NCBI RefSeq assembly: GCF_009914755.1
Contig: NC_060942.1
Length of the DNA: 64,000 nucleotides
Origin: the human T2T-CHM13v2.0 reference genome, Homo sapiens
Strand: one strand, 5' to 3'
Below the pieces are notes generated by a model. That model was not told the DNA's origin and searched no databases. It was given only the letters and a program-made list of their open reading frames with translations. Position 1 is the first letter of the stretch. Each line of letters begins with the position of its first letter. This document shows positions 27,836 through 41,205 of this stretch, piece by piece. Both the position numbers and the translations under genes were made by a program.

Positions 27836-30640
27836 GCAGTTTTCTTTACCAAATGAAGCTATAGCATTGCAAACTCATAGTGTTGATTTTTTTGCGTTCA
27901 AATACAGAACTTTATATTTATTTTCATTACATATCTTATGTTAAACATAGCTAATCTTTTCACATTATTAATATCACTTTAGATCCCAAATGTATCATCC
28001 AACTTCTCTTCTATCCCTCCAAGCCTCGTACTATTCACAATTCTGATTGTCATGTAATCTAAATCTTCATCAAACTCATTTGTACAAACAGGAAAATAAA
28101 AAGAGGATAATATTAATATTCCTAAGCTTCAACCTTATGAATTTAATTGATATCAGGCCAAAAATGAGTGCTCTTTGGGAAAGTTGTTCCACCTATTATA
28201 GCGCTTTTAACTATTCTTTCATAGAGTCAGTATAACACTTCTCATGTTGTACTTTGAATAACAGTGATTATTATACATTTTCTTATTCCTCTATTAGACT
28301 GTAGGTTCCTTGTTATCAGGAACTATGACATTCATTTTTATTTTACTCACTTAATCCACAATATGTACCAGAGTGCTTTATATATGCACTTAGTAGATGT
28401 TTTCTGAATTAACAGAATGAAATAATTATTTAAAGACATATCTTTGACTTAAAATATTATGGCATTATTGAGAAAAATGTCATTTTTTTGTGTGCAGTGT
28501 ACCACTTCTAGAAGGACACCAGCCCATGTTTGAGATCGCTAAATGACAATGAAATCTAGGAGATCCTCACAACTATTTCATTTTCCAAACTCCATATGCT
28601 TCTTTCCTACAATCCTTCTTGCCTTCCTCTACCTTAGATTGCCTTGCATTGAAGCTTAGTTAAACCATATTTGCAAAGCTTATTGAATTCTTCAAAATAA
28701 AGATGCTATGGAATTGTGTTATGTGGACAGTAATGTGACATCTCTGCTCTCTCCTCGGTCATGACTATAAATCCCATGCTACTGTGAACTGGAAGCAACA
28801 AAGCAATCTATAATCTGAAGTGATATAAAAATATAACACATTTCAGCTGAGTGTTCCTAGAAGATTTTAGGAGTGTGTTTTCTTTTAAAGCATAGATCCC
28901 TTACGGTTTTTCTTGCTAAAGGGCAATGAGCAGAAGTTGAAAACCAATTCCAGTGCTGACAATAACTAACATTGTTTCACTGAACTGTGATAGGCAAATT
29001 GAATGACCTTGGACAGTCCTTTTACCTTTTAAACTTGAGTTTCTTCATCTATGAAAAATGGAGTCAGAACAGGTAATCTCTCACCCACCTTCAAGATCCA
29101 CCAAAATGTCAAGCGAATGGAGCTGGGTAATTTCTTATGGACAGATTTATATACACCATTGTATATGACATTACAATTCTAACTGGAGACCTCTTAAAGA
29201 TTAGGATGACAAATGGGTTCATGATTTAAATATAAGTGACTTAGAGCAGGATTGCAAAATTTAACTGTCTTAAATATTAACTGTCTGGAATGTCCTCCTT
29301 CTTACTCTTCACGTAGATGTCTCCTGGCCACCTTCTCAAGTCCACCATTATGAAGGGTCCCTCCTCCGAGCTATCCTACATTGTTGTTTTACATTTATGC
29401 CCCCACATGTTTTCATTCTCCCTCTAAATTGTAAGCTCATTGAAGAAAGGCATTATGTTTTATACTTCTATTTATCTTCAAAGGGCCAGCATATCTAGGC
29501 ATTAGAGACCTTGAGCACTCAATAGTTAAGTAGCTTTTATAAATATCTGATCACTGCAAGAGCTGCATTACCATTAAAATTAAACATGAGCCACTTTAAA
29601 TGACCATCAATATATTATGAGAATCAACATGAGTAGAAAGCCTGACTCTGCCATTTACCTAGGGTCTCTACCTCTCAGTTTCCAAATTTGTAAAATAATG
29701 AATTGCCACCTGCTTTTTAGAGCTATTACGAGTATTAAATAAAATAATGTGGGCAAAACTGGTACATAAAAGATATTTTATAAATGGTAACTATCAATGG
29801 TAACTTATTCTGATTCTTATTAGAGCCGGTATGATACTATTCACTTGCTTTTGTATGTTTACAAAACTAATCAGTAGACTTTGACTTCTGTGTGCAGCAG
29901 GATCTCCTTAAATATTTACCTTCTTAGGACCCAGCCCTAAAGAGTCTGACTTTAGTCATTCTCGAAATTTGCTTTGAGAAATGCTGTAGCAGAGTCAAAT
30001 TGTTCATAACTCAACCTTATTCTTAAAATATTTCCAGTCGATATTCCTGAGAGTTCCAGAGTTTCAAGCATTTCACTCTCTACTAAGTATTACAATATTA
30101 TGGTATTTTAAGGCCTGCTGTCTTGAAAGTTAGGTGCCTTGGTGAAACAACCTGGAAGCTATTAGCTTGAAAAACAGGAGTGAAAAACTATCGAGTGTAA
30201 TCTTTCTGACCAAAGAAAATAATTGCTTTCTCACAGCCTGAAAAATTACACAAACGTGTTTTCCCCCCATAGTACAACTGCCATTTTCAATTTCCAAGTA
30301 TGGCTAAGGCCTCAGGTTATCCACAGTCTTTCTGAACTTCAACATCTTAGACAATTATTTTTAAGAAAAGGTTTACCTTGGATTTCATTTCGTTGCTCTG
30401 CCAATTGGCGATATCACTATTACAATTGCTATTAAAACTGGTGTCAGTAAATTGCTTCAGCCAATACTTTTTTTATATATTGGTCCTTAGCTCAATTTTC
30501 ACACACTTTAGAATTCAGAGAGAAAGCCCTAGAAGATTAAGGGCACCAGGACAAAAACCTTCAGGATTATAGATATAAGCAGTCTCTATTAGCATAGATT
30601 TTTAAACTACAAAATTATTTTACATTTTAGTCTTTAAACT

Positions 30641-31011
30641 TGTATTAGTCTGTTCTCACACTGCTATAAAGAACTACCCAAGACTGGGTAATTTATAAAG
30701 AAATGAGGTTTAATTGATTCACAGTTCCACAGGGTGTACAGGAAGCATGGCTGGGAGGCCTCAGGAAACTTACAATCATGACAGAAAGCAAAGGGGAAGC
30801 AAGTCTGTCTTACCATGGCGGAGCAGGAGAGAAAGAGAGCAAAGGGAGGAGTCCCACATGCTTTTAAACCATCAGATTTCGTGAGAACTCACTCACTATC
30901 ATGAGAACAGCAAGAGAGAAATTCACTGCCATGAGCCAGTCACCTCTCAACCAGGCCCTTCCTCTAATTTGACATGAGACTGGGGCAGGGACACAAATCC
31001 AAACCATATCA
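30641..31011 (-). mobile_element. THE1D solo LTR (MaLR)
   Basis: TGTATTAGTCTGTTCTCACACTGCT...CAAATCCAAACCATATCA, complete TG..CA; 5-bp TSD AAACT/TAACT (1 mismatch). Confidence 0.92.
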
Positions 31012-31127
31012 TAACTTTTTAAAATATTTAAACTTTTAGTCTTTGAAAAGTCTAAGCCATTGTGGAATTCTAATTAGGACAAAGAAACTGACTTCATTCT
31101 TCTCAGAATCTAAGTCATTTCCTGATG

Positions 31128-31625
31128 AATTAATTAGGGTATATGTTTGAATGCCATAAAAGAGAACTCAAAATAATGGTGGTTTAAAAAAGATGAACTT
31201 CCTTCTCTTCTTGTAAAAGTCTGGGTTGGTTGACCAGGGCTAGAAGGAGGTACCACACTCAACAGAAGCCTACACTCCTTCCATCTTGTTACTGTGTCGA
31301 GGATCCTCAACACAGAGCTTGCTTTTCACTATTCAGGAGGGATGGAAGCACACAGCAAACATGCCCACATTCTGCCCCATGGGAAAGGGTCTTTGTAGGG
31401 ATTATTCAGGGTTCTTTCTTTGAAGTTCATGACCCAGAAATAACACCTATCCAATTAATTCACATTCCAATTGGCAAAACTTAGTCACATGACCATATGA
31501 AACTTCAAATGAGGATAAAAAAATATAATCTTTAGCTAGGCTATCATATCCTAGATATAACTTCTATTACTATGTAAGAAGTAAAGAACGGATATTGGAA
31601 GGCATCTAGCTACCTCTTCTACACC
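31128..31625 (-). mobile_element. MLT1 (I/J-like) MaLR LTR relic
   Basis: CTCAAAATAATGGTGGTTTAAA...CACATTCCAATTGGCAAAACTTAGTCACATGACC...GGATATTGGAAGGCATCTAGC. Confidence 0.7.
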
Positions 31626-32089
31626 TGATACTAGTAAGTTCAAGTAGACAGATGCAATGCATGATCAGAGTGCTGATTAGCCAGTATGCTAACTGGGGGC
31701 CTTAGGGTGCTGACTCTGACTAAATTGTATGGCAGGTAGAAACAGTACTAAGAAAGAGGAAGCTAGAATACCAGAGACAAAATATACTTACTTTATAGCA
31801 ATCCTTTTCCCAAAAACCAACCTGATGACTTAATGGTCTAGAAATGTTCAGATATCTTTCTAGACATCTAACTTGCTAACCAGTAGGCTCAGTTACTGGA
31901 ATCAAGTATTAATATTACCTACCATAATACATTAGTTGGAAAAAATGGGTCTTGTCTAAGAAAACCAGCACAAGCCTGATATCAAGGATTTAATTTTGTG
32001 ACCAAACAAGTACAAACAGCTGGAAATGTTAAAATTTGAATATATAAACTCACTCTGGAATATGTCCTGTGATTATTCCATAGAAGTAT

Positions 32090-34400
32090 AAAAACTAATG
32101 TATATTCCCTTTTAGAGCTGCTTAGTATTTGATTGTGTAAATGTACCACTGTTATTCAACTAGTTCCCTATTGATGATCATTTAGGTTGTTTACACTCTT
32201 TGCCATCACAAATCTTGCTACGGTAAATGGCCTTGAGCAGATTTTTATTTGTTTACAATACTAGCAGCATATCTTTGGGATGGAGTCTTAAAACTGGCAT
32301 TGTATACCTTAAAGTATTTAAAGAGTACTGTGTGTTTTTTCTGAAGATTTACATTATACTGTGAAATATCCTTAGTTCCATCTTTTTGGGTGAACCCAAG
32401 GGTTCTCTTTGTTGGTTCCCTATTATGAATAATAGTGAAATGATCCAGTAACTCCCTTCTCCCCTCCCCACTGGGAAAAGATGTTATTCTTTTTCCAGCA
32501 TCTTTTATTCTTTTATTCCCTATTAATACCTGTAAGACTATTATTCAGCCTACTCTATTTTTTCATATAATCTCTCCAAACTTGTTCCATATTTTATTGA
32601 TTGTCAGAGAATACAATCCCTGCATGCTACATGGTTTTCTTTATAAGCATTATTTAGTCCTAGTTCTGCAACAAAACATAGTTTTAATGCTCATCACCAC
32701 TCCTTATGCAGGTGTCACTCCAACAATTTTGGTTGTTTGAAGTTTCTTTTCCAATATACTTTTTGGAGAGTGCCCATAGGAACAATATTTCTCAAATTTT
32801 CAGAAGCTCAGAAGCATTTGATTTTAGCTTTTATAACATAAAGATCATTTTGGGTCACGTCTTTTTTTTCCTGGGTATCTTAAATATATTACTCAATTTG
32901 CTTTCTGGAATAATGGCCAAAAACTCTGATATTCCTTCCCTTGCAAGTTACTTGGTCCTTTTGACTGCATGCTCAAAGGACACTCTATATTCTTTTTCTT
33001 TAAAGTCTAATAGTTTTACTAGAATATGAATCAATGTTGACCATTCTGGGTCAATTTTCCTGGATATTCACTAACCCCTTTCAGTTTCTGGCTTCTGGTC
33101 TTTTTATCTCAGGGAATCTTTATTGATTTCTAGCGTTTGTTCTATTCTTTTGCTTTAATTATTCTTGGGCAATTTCTATTTTATGCATAGGAGTTCTTTG
33201 TGTTTTATGTTTTTCACTTTCTCTTGCATTCTTTGTATTTCTCTTTATTTTTTGTGTTTTGATTTTTTTCTGTCAATCATTGGTTTTTCTTAAGGCATTA
33301 TCTGTGGAGTTTGTTCACTTCTGAGTTTCTTTATAGTTTGTTGTTCATTTTTGATGTGACTTTTTCTTTTATTTCTAAATCCTTCTTGAGCTTTGACAGA
33401 TCTCTATTTAAATTTTTCTTTCCCAAATTATTTTATTTCTGAGTTTTTCTAATTGTCATTTATTGTGTTTATCCAAAGCTTTCATATCTATCATTTTCTT
33501 AAGTTTTATAGGATATTCAAATATTAGGCTCAGAAATTCAACTGCTCTGCAGCTGTATCTTTCTGTTCTATCGTTTATATTAACATTGTATAACTGTTCT
33601 ATCGTCCTTTTCTGTTCTTATGTTAAGATAGACGAATTTTCTTTTTCTCTTAGGAGATGAGGCTGGGCCAGAATGGGTTTACTAGTTCAATCACTCTGGA
33701 CTCCCTCTTCTACTCTGTCTATGAAGTATTCAAATGTATACTCTGGTACATGCTAGATCTTCTAGCTCTATTCTCCTTTACCATTTCTCTCCAAATCATC
33801 CCTTCTCTTTTCCTCATGGTCCCAGTCCTGATCAGATTTTACTCTACTCTCAGAGGTTTCTCCTCAGTAGGAGACTTTGTCCTTCATTTACTTTCAGAAG
33901 TGCTTGGGGCTTAAGCCACTCTAACCCTGATCAACATACTATGGTTCCCCCTTCACTCACCCCTGAAGTGGGGACTGCCACGACCCCCTCCCTGACTCAG
34001 CTCCTGACCTCAGATTTGCATCTGAGCTGTGTTGAGATGAGGCATTCCTCCTGCATGCCTGATGCCGTATGGATCTTGCTGCTGTTTTTAACTATTTTCT
34101 ACTTGCTTGTCTTTTGCAGTTCATGGGAATTCCCTGTCACCCAGTTTTGTTATACATATTTGCTATGGGACTTTTGTTTACCTATCCTACTTTTCTGTCT
34201 GTTTTTGTGCAGGATTCAGAGCAGTTATGTTGCCATAACTGCCACCTCTTTTGATTCCTCATCTTTGAACATATGTTGTTTCAGAAAATACGTTTTAAAA
34301 CCCAGATTTTGGGTTGCATTCATTTTGCCATGAGATTACCCAGTGATTTGGAATTGTAGAAGTACAGAGAATTGGATTCCATGCTGCCTCATTTCGTTCT
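32090..34400 (-). mobile_element. Ancient L1ME/HAL1-like relics
   Basis: T-rich antisense LINE character; TTCCCTATTGATGATCATTTAGGTTGTTT; TCAATTTGCTTTCTGGAAT; boundaries approximate. Confidence 0.5.
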
Positions 34401-35286
34401 ATTTTTTTTTCTGCACTGTCATCACGTGATGATGGACATTATAATATCGTGTGTAACGGCAAAGGCTGTAGCAGTCAAGTGGGAAAGTCATGACTATTTC
34501 ATGTCTTTTATATTGAGTGGGATTTCAATAAGTGTCCATAAGGAAAGTGAGTATGGATTTCAAACAATGAGAACATCAGCTGAAGAAAACAGGTATTAGA
34601 GAATATAGATTGAGTTGCATTGGAAGGAAATGTAAAATGAAGCCAGACCCTTAAGAGTTTGAGTATTATTCCAGTCTTAACTTGCCACAAGAACATTTTC
34701 CGGAAGGGAATGAGGCTACTTTTGAACTTATATTTTAACAGAATGATTTTGGTAGCAGTGTGAAGGTTAAAGAGACAGTGTGGGAGCTAAGGTCACTGAC
34801 ATGATAAAATTCACTATATTTTGTGTTCCTGAAGTCAAGAGAGAGAACGAATAATTTGATACAAGTGAAACAGTTGCGAACATATCAAAACATAATTTTC
34901 ACATTAGGAAAAGTGGCACAAACCATAAAAGAACTTTAGATTAGGGGGAAGTTCTATCATAGTCAATGGTTATAGAAAATCACCCTACATACTATCTACT
35001 CCTGAGCAGAAAAACCCACCAGTTCCTGCCTGTTGGAGCAGAGGATCCAATGGGAAGCTGCTTTCCAGGCCAGCACGTAAATCTCAGCTCTGCGGGGGAA
35101 ATCACTCAGACCTACCACTAAGATAAGTTATAGGTAAGAAATCTAAGATAAAATAAATTTGAAAATGTTTGCTTGTTTAGGATGAATTAGCTGCTTCTGT
35201 AGGCACGGCAATTCAAGTAATGATAAAGCAGCGATTAGATGAGCAAGAATATAAACTAGGAATATCAGGCAAGTGACTAAGAAGTA

Positions 35287-35780
35287 TGCAGGAGACCCTA
35301 GTTGCCTTGTCCCATGTCCCCTAAGCTCATTTCTAGACATACTTTCAGACCTTGAGGGAGAGTTTGCAGGCACCCTGACAGCGTCCCCCACAGGTGCTTC
35401 TCTGGCTGAAAGCTTTCTTTGGCCCCAGGGGAGTTTTCTAAGCTCAAGTCCAGGGCAACCTGGAACTGCCAGGATTCAACACCCTGAGGACATTCTTTAA
35501 GCAAAGAAGGACAGCAATCAGGGGATAAATACCCGAGCTTTTCCATAGCTTAGTGGGGAAATTCAGAGCTGCTTCCTGCAAGGTTCCTTGGAGTATCCCC
35601 AGAAGAATTGAGCCCTAGTCACCCGCAGTCCACCCATCTACACACTCATGATTGGCTTTCCCCCTTCCAAGCCACACTTGCCTCACTTCTCACATGTCCT
35701 TCCTGGAATGACCCTTAAACATATTTCCTGTAACAAAGTCCTTGTCTCTGTCTGCTTTGTGAGGAATCCAAATGATAACT
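35287..35780 (+). mobile_element. LTR16C-like ERVL solo LTR
   Basis: GGATAAATACCCGAGCTT; GAATTGAGCCCTAGT; ATTGGCTTTCCCCCTTCC; AAGTCCTTGTCTC..TCTGCTTTGTGAGGAATCCAAA. Confidence 0.75.
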
Positions 35781-37939
35781 AGCAAAAACTTTCTTATAAT
35801 AAATTATTCCCAAATTATTTTACCTTCTGTTTCAAGGCTCTACTGGAAACTTCCCAATATCTGGTACTGACTTGTAGTGATTAATAGAATTCCTTTTTCA
35901 ATGCAGGAGTTGCATTTTTCATCTTAATATCCATAGTGCCTGACCGGTTCCCCAGCATAGAACATCTGGACATTAAATAATTGTAGAATGAATGAATGAA
36001 GTTCCAATAAGCAAGCAGACTATCTAGAATCTAGCAATAAGCAACCAGAGGGTGTTTATGTAGGAATAGAGTATCAGGAAGCAATAAATAGACACAAATC
36101 TCAGGAAGCAGGTAATTGCATCAATCCAAAAATAAATAACAAAAAGAGGCAGACATAAGATATCAGGAACAAGGTCCTGTCTCCAAAGAAGATTGTAGTT
36201 CATAAGAAAATACATAACTTCAGAGGGAGAAGGAGAGGATGAAGCCTGTCAGTTTTCATTTAATCCTTATAATGGTCCTAAAATACAGATGTTATGTGCT
36301 TTGTTTAATGAATAGAAAAAATAAATCCTAGAAAGGTAAAGGAAAATGACCCAGTTTATGTTGTAAGTAGTGATTGAAGAACCAAGACACAAGTTCCCTG
36401 GTGTTTTAGCTGTAATTACTAGAAGTGAAAACTCCTAGAAGGACTCAAAAGGATTCCTATTTCTGAGGAATCAATCTCCAGGGTACCTCCCTGTATCTCA
36501 AGATATGCCTAGAGCACAGGAATAAGAATTTGGGAGCCACCGTAACTGTTTTAGAATGTAACATCTTATAGTTTCTTTGAAAACAATGGAAGAAATGTCC
36601 CAACAGAGTCACAGGATGGCCAAATTCTGACCAACGGTATTCAAAAGAAAAATAATAAAGCAATATATGCATTATTCTTTCATTTCTTCTTCTTTTTTGT
36701 TCTGTATTACTGAACATAATTTCCTCAAGCATAACACAAATGAACTCTCTCTCTTTTTCAGTCAATGTGCTCCCCTCCTACGATTTAAAATTACAGTGCT
36801 GTTTTGGAGGCATCATTTTGCTTCCATGCTAGCAATTTGTCTAAATCTTTGCCTTATGGCCTCAATGAATGCATTTGACAGGAGGAGCAGGATGACAGGA
36901 AAAGGGGGAGCTTCTGTGAACACAAGTACCTTGGGAAATCAGCAATGATGTGAAAAGAAATACATAAAAGCTACCCAGCACAGGCTATATGTTTTTAATG
37001 GGACTTCATTATATGTATAGACTTCTTAAAGTTTGCCTCAGCATGTGGCAGTGGGTTTCTATGGAGGAAGTTTGAGAGCACTTAGAAGTTTTCTTTTACT
37101 TCTCTTCTTTTTAACTCACTCCCTACAATCACTGATAAAGAAAAGGAGAATAACTGTGGGTTCACAGTAACTTTGTAGCAGGATTTATACCATCTGCCAT
37201 TGATTTTCTGAAAACTATAGAATCAAGGCCAAGGGGGAACCTTAATTTATGAAATGAGAAGTGGAGACATCAGAATAGTGGGCTTATCAGGGATTGCATT
37301 CAGAAGCATTGCACCCAAAGAGATGTGCATTCAGAGATGTTCCAGAAGACAGCCTTTGCTAATGCTGTGCTCAGGGGTAGGGCCCTGAATCCTAGCAATG
37401 TCCGGCACAGAGTTGACCCTCAAAGAATATCTACTTCATGAATGAGTGTCCCACTGGTGGAAGCCAAAACCCAGAATTCAGGAAACAGAACCAGAGTTTC
37501 AAAGATGGGAGTTAAAAGCAGGAAATTACAGGGTTAACCACAGCAAGCAGGAGACTGTGGACACCATGAGACTTGGATTTTTACAGTAGCAGAAAAAATA
37601 ATTCTTAGGTGGGCTGAAGACGGTGTGAGGTGATCCTTAAATGCTAGAAAGATTAGCTGTCACTTTAATCTGTAGGCAATAGAGAGCTAGGAAAGGTTTC
37701 AAAGTAGAGGTATCAAAATAGTTTTTTTAAAAGCTTATCAGCAGAATGGTTTTGAAGGGAAGAAAACATAGGCATAGGAATAAGTCAGGAATCTAGTCCC
37801 AGCAGGAGGATGTAGTGGTTAGGAACAGATGCCTTCAAGCCAGACAGACCTGGAATTGTAATCCAGATGTGCAATTCACTAGTGTAATTCTGAGTAACTT
37901 ATTCTTCAAGCATCAATGTTCTCATCTGCATAGGCATAA

Positions 37940-40700
37940 TTTATTTATTCATTCAATATTTTTGAGCATATGTTCTAGAAGCTGAATGAACACGTATACA
38001 GTAGAAAGCCTTCCTTGAAACACTTTGAAGAGGTGACATTTATATCAAGAACCAAAAATAAAGGGGGGAGGTGAAGGGGTGCACATAGCAAGAGATAAAC
38101 ATGTCATGAAGAGGAAATCATTGGCATAAATGCTTTGAGGCAAGAATGAGAGGCACACTGAGGGAGCTGAGAGGTCAATATGGACTTGTGGGTAAAAGGA
38201 AGAGTGATTGAGCTGAGGACAGAGAGCTGGGCAAGGGCCAAGTCATGGAGAGCTTCATAAGTCAGGCTAAGAAGACCAGATGTATTTTAAATGAAATAGG
38301 AAATGTATAGAGTGTATTTCTGTAGATCACTATTGCTGAATAGAAAATGGATTGCTGTGGGATGTAGATTGGAGCTGGGAGACTAGTTAAAAAGCTGTTG
38401 CAGAAGTCTGGGAAAGAGATAATGGTGGCTTGAAATAGGGTTGATGATGAAGAAGAGAGGGAAAAGCACAGATTTGGGACATGCTTAAGAGGTAGAATCA
38501 GCACGACTTGCTGATAAACTGAATTCAGGGAGTAATAGAAGGCAAGGAATTAAAGATAATCCCTATATTTCTGGTTGGAGCAATTGGCTATAAGGTTATG
38601 CTTTTTGTAAGGAACGTTTTATGGGGAGAAGCAGATTGGCAAATCAAGAGTGTGTTTGTGATTTTAGTTGAAAATGTATGCTAGGCATCCAAGTGGAGAT
38701 GCTAAGTGATATGTGCCTGAAGCTCACTCCGGGGATAGGTTAGGGCTGGAAGTTAATGTTTAGCAGCCATCAGAACACAGATGATTTTAAATCCATGGGA
38801 TTGGCTGAAGCCTCTAGTCATGCACAGAGAAGTAAATGGGGTTGCAGAAAATACAGTGGATTGATCCACAATATCCATTCCAACCTCTTAGTGTGTCTTC
38901 CTGGATTGCAGAATCTTAAAAACTAGTAACTATGTTTCCCAGGATCCCTTCATTTGGGTTATAGCTAGGATTTAGATTCCATCTATCAGCTGCACTTGTG
39001 CAAGTGTGGAGGTCAGAACTGAGACCTGGGGAGTAAGGTAGGGCATAGGCATCATTTTGAGAACTGATCTTGCTGTGCTTCTAGATTCAGCCACTATAAA
39101 TACTGGCTTCTCAACTCTGAAGGTAGCTCCAAATTCTACAGCTGCCTAATTTTGGCAGGCATAGCAGCATTCTTAGAAGATCCCTTCTTCAGTGAGACTC
39201 ATTTGTGGAAGCTCAGACAAAAGTTTCTTTTTTAGTTTATTATTTTAAATGTTTAAAATATTTAATTCTCTGCCTAAAAGAAGGCATCCCTTCCTGCTTA
39301 AACTGGCAAGAGTGCATTACGTTCTGAGCAACACAGTGCCTTCGCTCAGTGTCGTATCATTACAGCATCAAAAGCCTCTTCAAAGGGGAGAAACTAGCAA
39401 AGCAGAAGACTAGAGAGACTGAGAAGAAGCAGCCAATGAGGTGAAAGGAAACCAAGAGTCTGATGCCATGGAAACCAGGGAAGAATATGTTTCTTCCAGA
39501 ATATCATTTGGTGCTGAGTGGTCAGTCGAGAATTGCATGGTCAAATAAGAAAGATGCCAAGAAGATCCTTTGTGAGCTTGCAAATAACAGTCTCTATAAA
39601 GTAGTAAAAGCAAACACCACTGGGAGTGGTATGAAAGGGAACATGAGAGCTAAGGAAATGAATTCAGCAACCACAGGCAACTTTTTAAGATATTTTAAAG
39701 AATGTTAAAATGGGAAGGTAATGAGCAGAACAGGGGTTGCGTGATATTTGTTTGTGTGTATGTTCATTGTAAAGATAGGAACTACTATTGCACACTGATA
39801 GGCGAATTGTAAGCTACTCTCCAGAAAAGAGGAGAAGATGGATGATGTGAAACAGAGGAGATAGTTGAAGTCACAAGGTATCTAAGAATATAAATACTTT
39901 GGTTACTCTGGAAATTTCTTTTCTCCCAAGGAACTGCGAGGTAAAGCCATCAGCTGAAAATGAGTTGGGGTTGTGAGGTGTCAACATTTTGAGAGAGAAA
40001 AAGGAATGCAATGGTGGTTTTGCTAAGCAGGGATAACAACAAGCAAAAGAAGAACTATACATAATGCATCTAAATAAATCTTAGGTCATAAATTTACATT
40101 GATGTTGGTCTGTATGGTTTTGTGACTTTTTCCCCAGCAATGTGTATTTTGAGTACAGGCACAGAGTGAGCTTGAGAGTTGCATTTAACTAACATTCAAG
40201 CCTGATAAGTTAATACAGTACATAGAGAAGGGTTACAAGGAACTAATTGTAATTATGGAACATCAAATCTAAGTTTGGTAAAAAGTGACAAGAGGAAATG
40301 AGAGGAGTCACTGAAGGTGAGACAGTTGTAGGTTCACTTAATGATGCATTGATAAAGTTGAAGAGTGATTGGATATAATTAAGTAGGAGAATGGTTAGAG
40401 GAAGTGGTAGTTGAAGTTGAGGCTTAAGAATTAGAGAAGCTATCTGTGATGACATGGTCAAGGGTTTGACCATGGAAGCAGGTAACTGAAGTAGGGCAGA
40501 GAAAACATTTACCAAAGTGAGGAAGTTCAGGAACTGAGAGGTAACAATGTTGGTTAGATTATTCATTTGGATGTTGAAATTGCCAGGAATGGTGACAGGA
40601 GTAGCAGTAGAAGGAATACAGTGATCTAGGTGTGAAAATCATCAGTGAATGGGGCAGGATTAATTAGGGTCAGTTGATGATAGCCAGGCAGGGTATTAAG
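37940..40700 (-). mobile_element. Long L2 relic with an LTR-like insertion (~38850-39330)
   Basis: Purine-rich antisense L2 (GCATCCAAGTGGAGATGCTAAGT; GAGATAATGGTGGCTTG; GGATGTTGAAATTGCCAGG); insert has ACTATGTTTCCCAGGATCCCTT typical of ERVL/MaLR LTRs. Confidence 0.65.
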
Positions 40701-41019
40701 TGAGTTTCCTCCACCTTCTTGCCAAACCACTATGCAATCTCAGAAAGAACACTATTTAGCAGCTACCTGGTACAACAGCTATTAGAATTACATGAGATCA
40801 TGTGCAATTTAAAATGCCTAAAAAAAGGTCTGGCACATTTAATGGTGATGCTGTTGTTATAGTCATATTAATGAATCAACTTGCACTAACAAAATGTCTA
40901 ATATATGCCAATCATGGGAATAGATGCTATTCATTTTAATATATCCTTTATTTCTTTGACCTAGAGTCATAGATTATTAAATCTAGACAGGATGTCAAAA
41001 GTCATCTCATCCAAAGGTC

Positions 41020-41205
41020 CCCTAACAAGAGTCAAAGGTTAGTTAAATGCATAAAATTACCTGTGAAGCCCATTAAATATATAAATTCCAGGCCTCCACA
41101 CATGATAATTCCAATCTTTATGCCTGCAGTGGGACTTGGAAACTTATATTTTTAATAAGCTCCCTAACAGATTTTGATTCACAGCCAAGTTTGGGAACCA
41201 CTGCT
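41020..41205. mobile_element. MER5A inside a MIR
   Basis: TTTTAATAAGCTCCCTAACAGATTTTGATTCACAGCCAAGTTTGGGAACCACTG, followed by MIR TTTTACAGATGAGAAAATTGAAG. Confidence 0.75.

Noticed and set aside
33734-34333. 199-aa ORF
   Set aside because: Leu/Ser/Phe-rich reading of T-rich antisense LINE-like DNA; no recognisable domain
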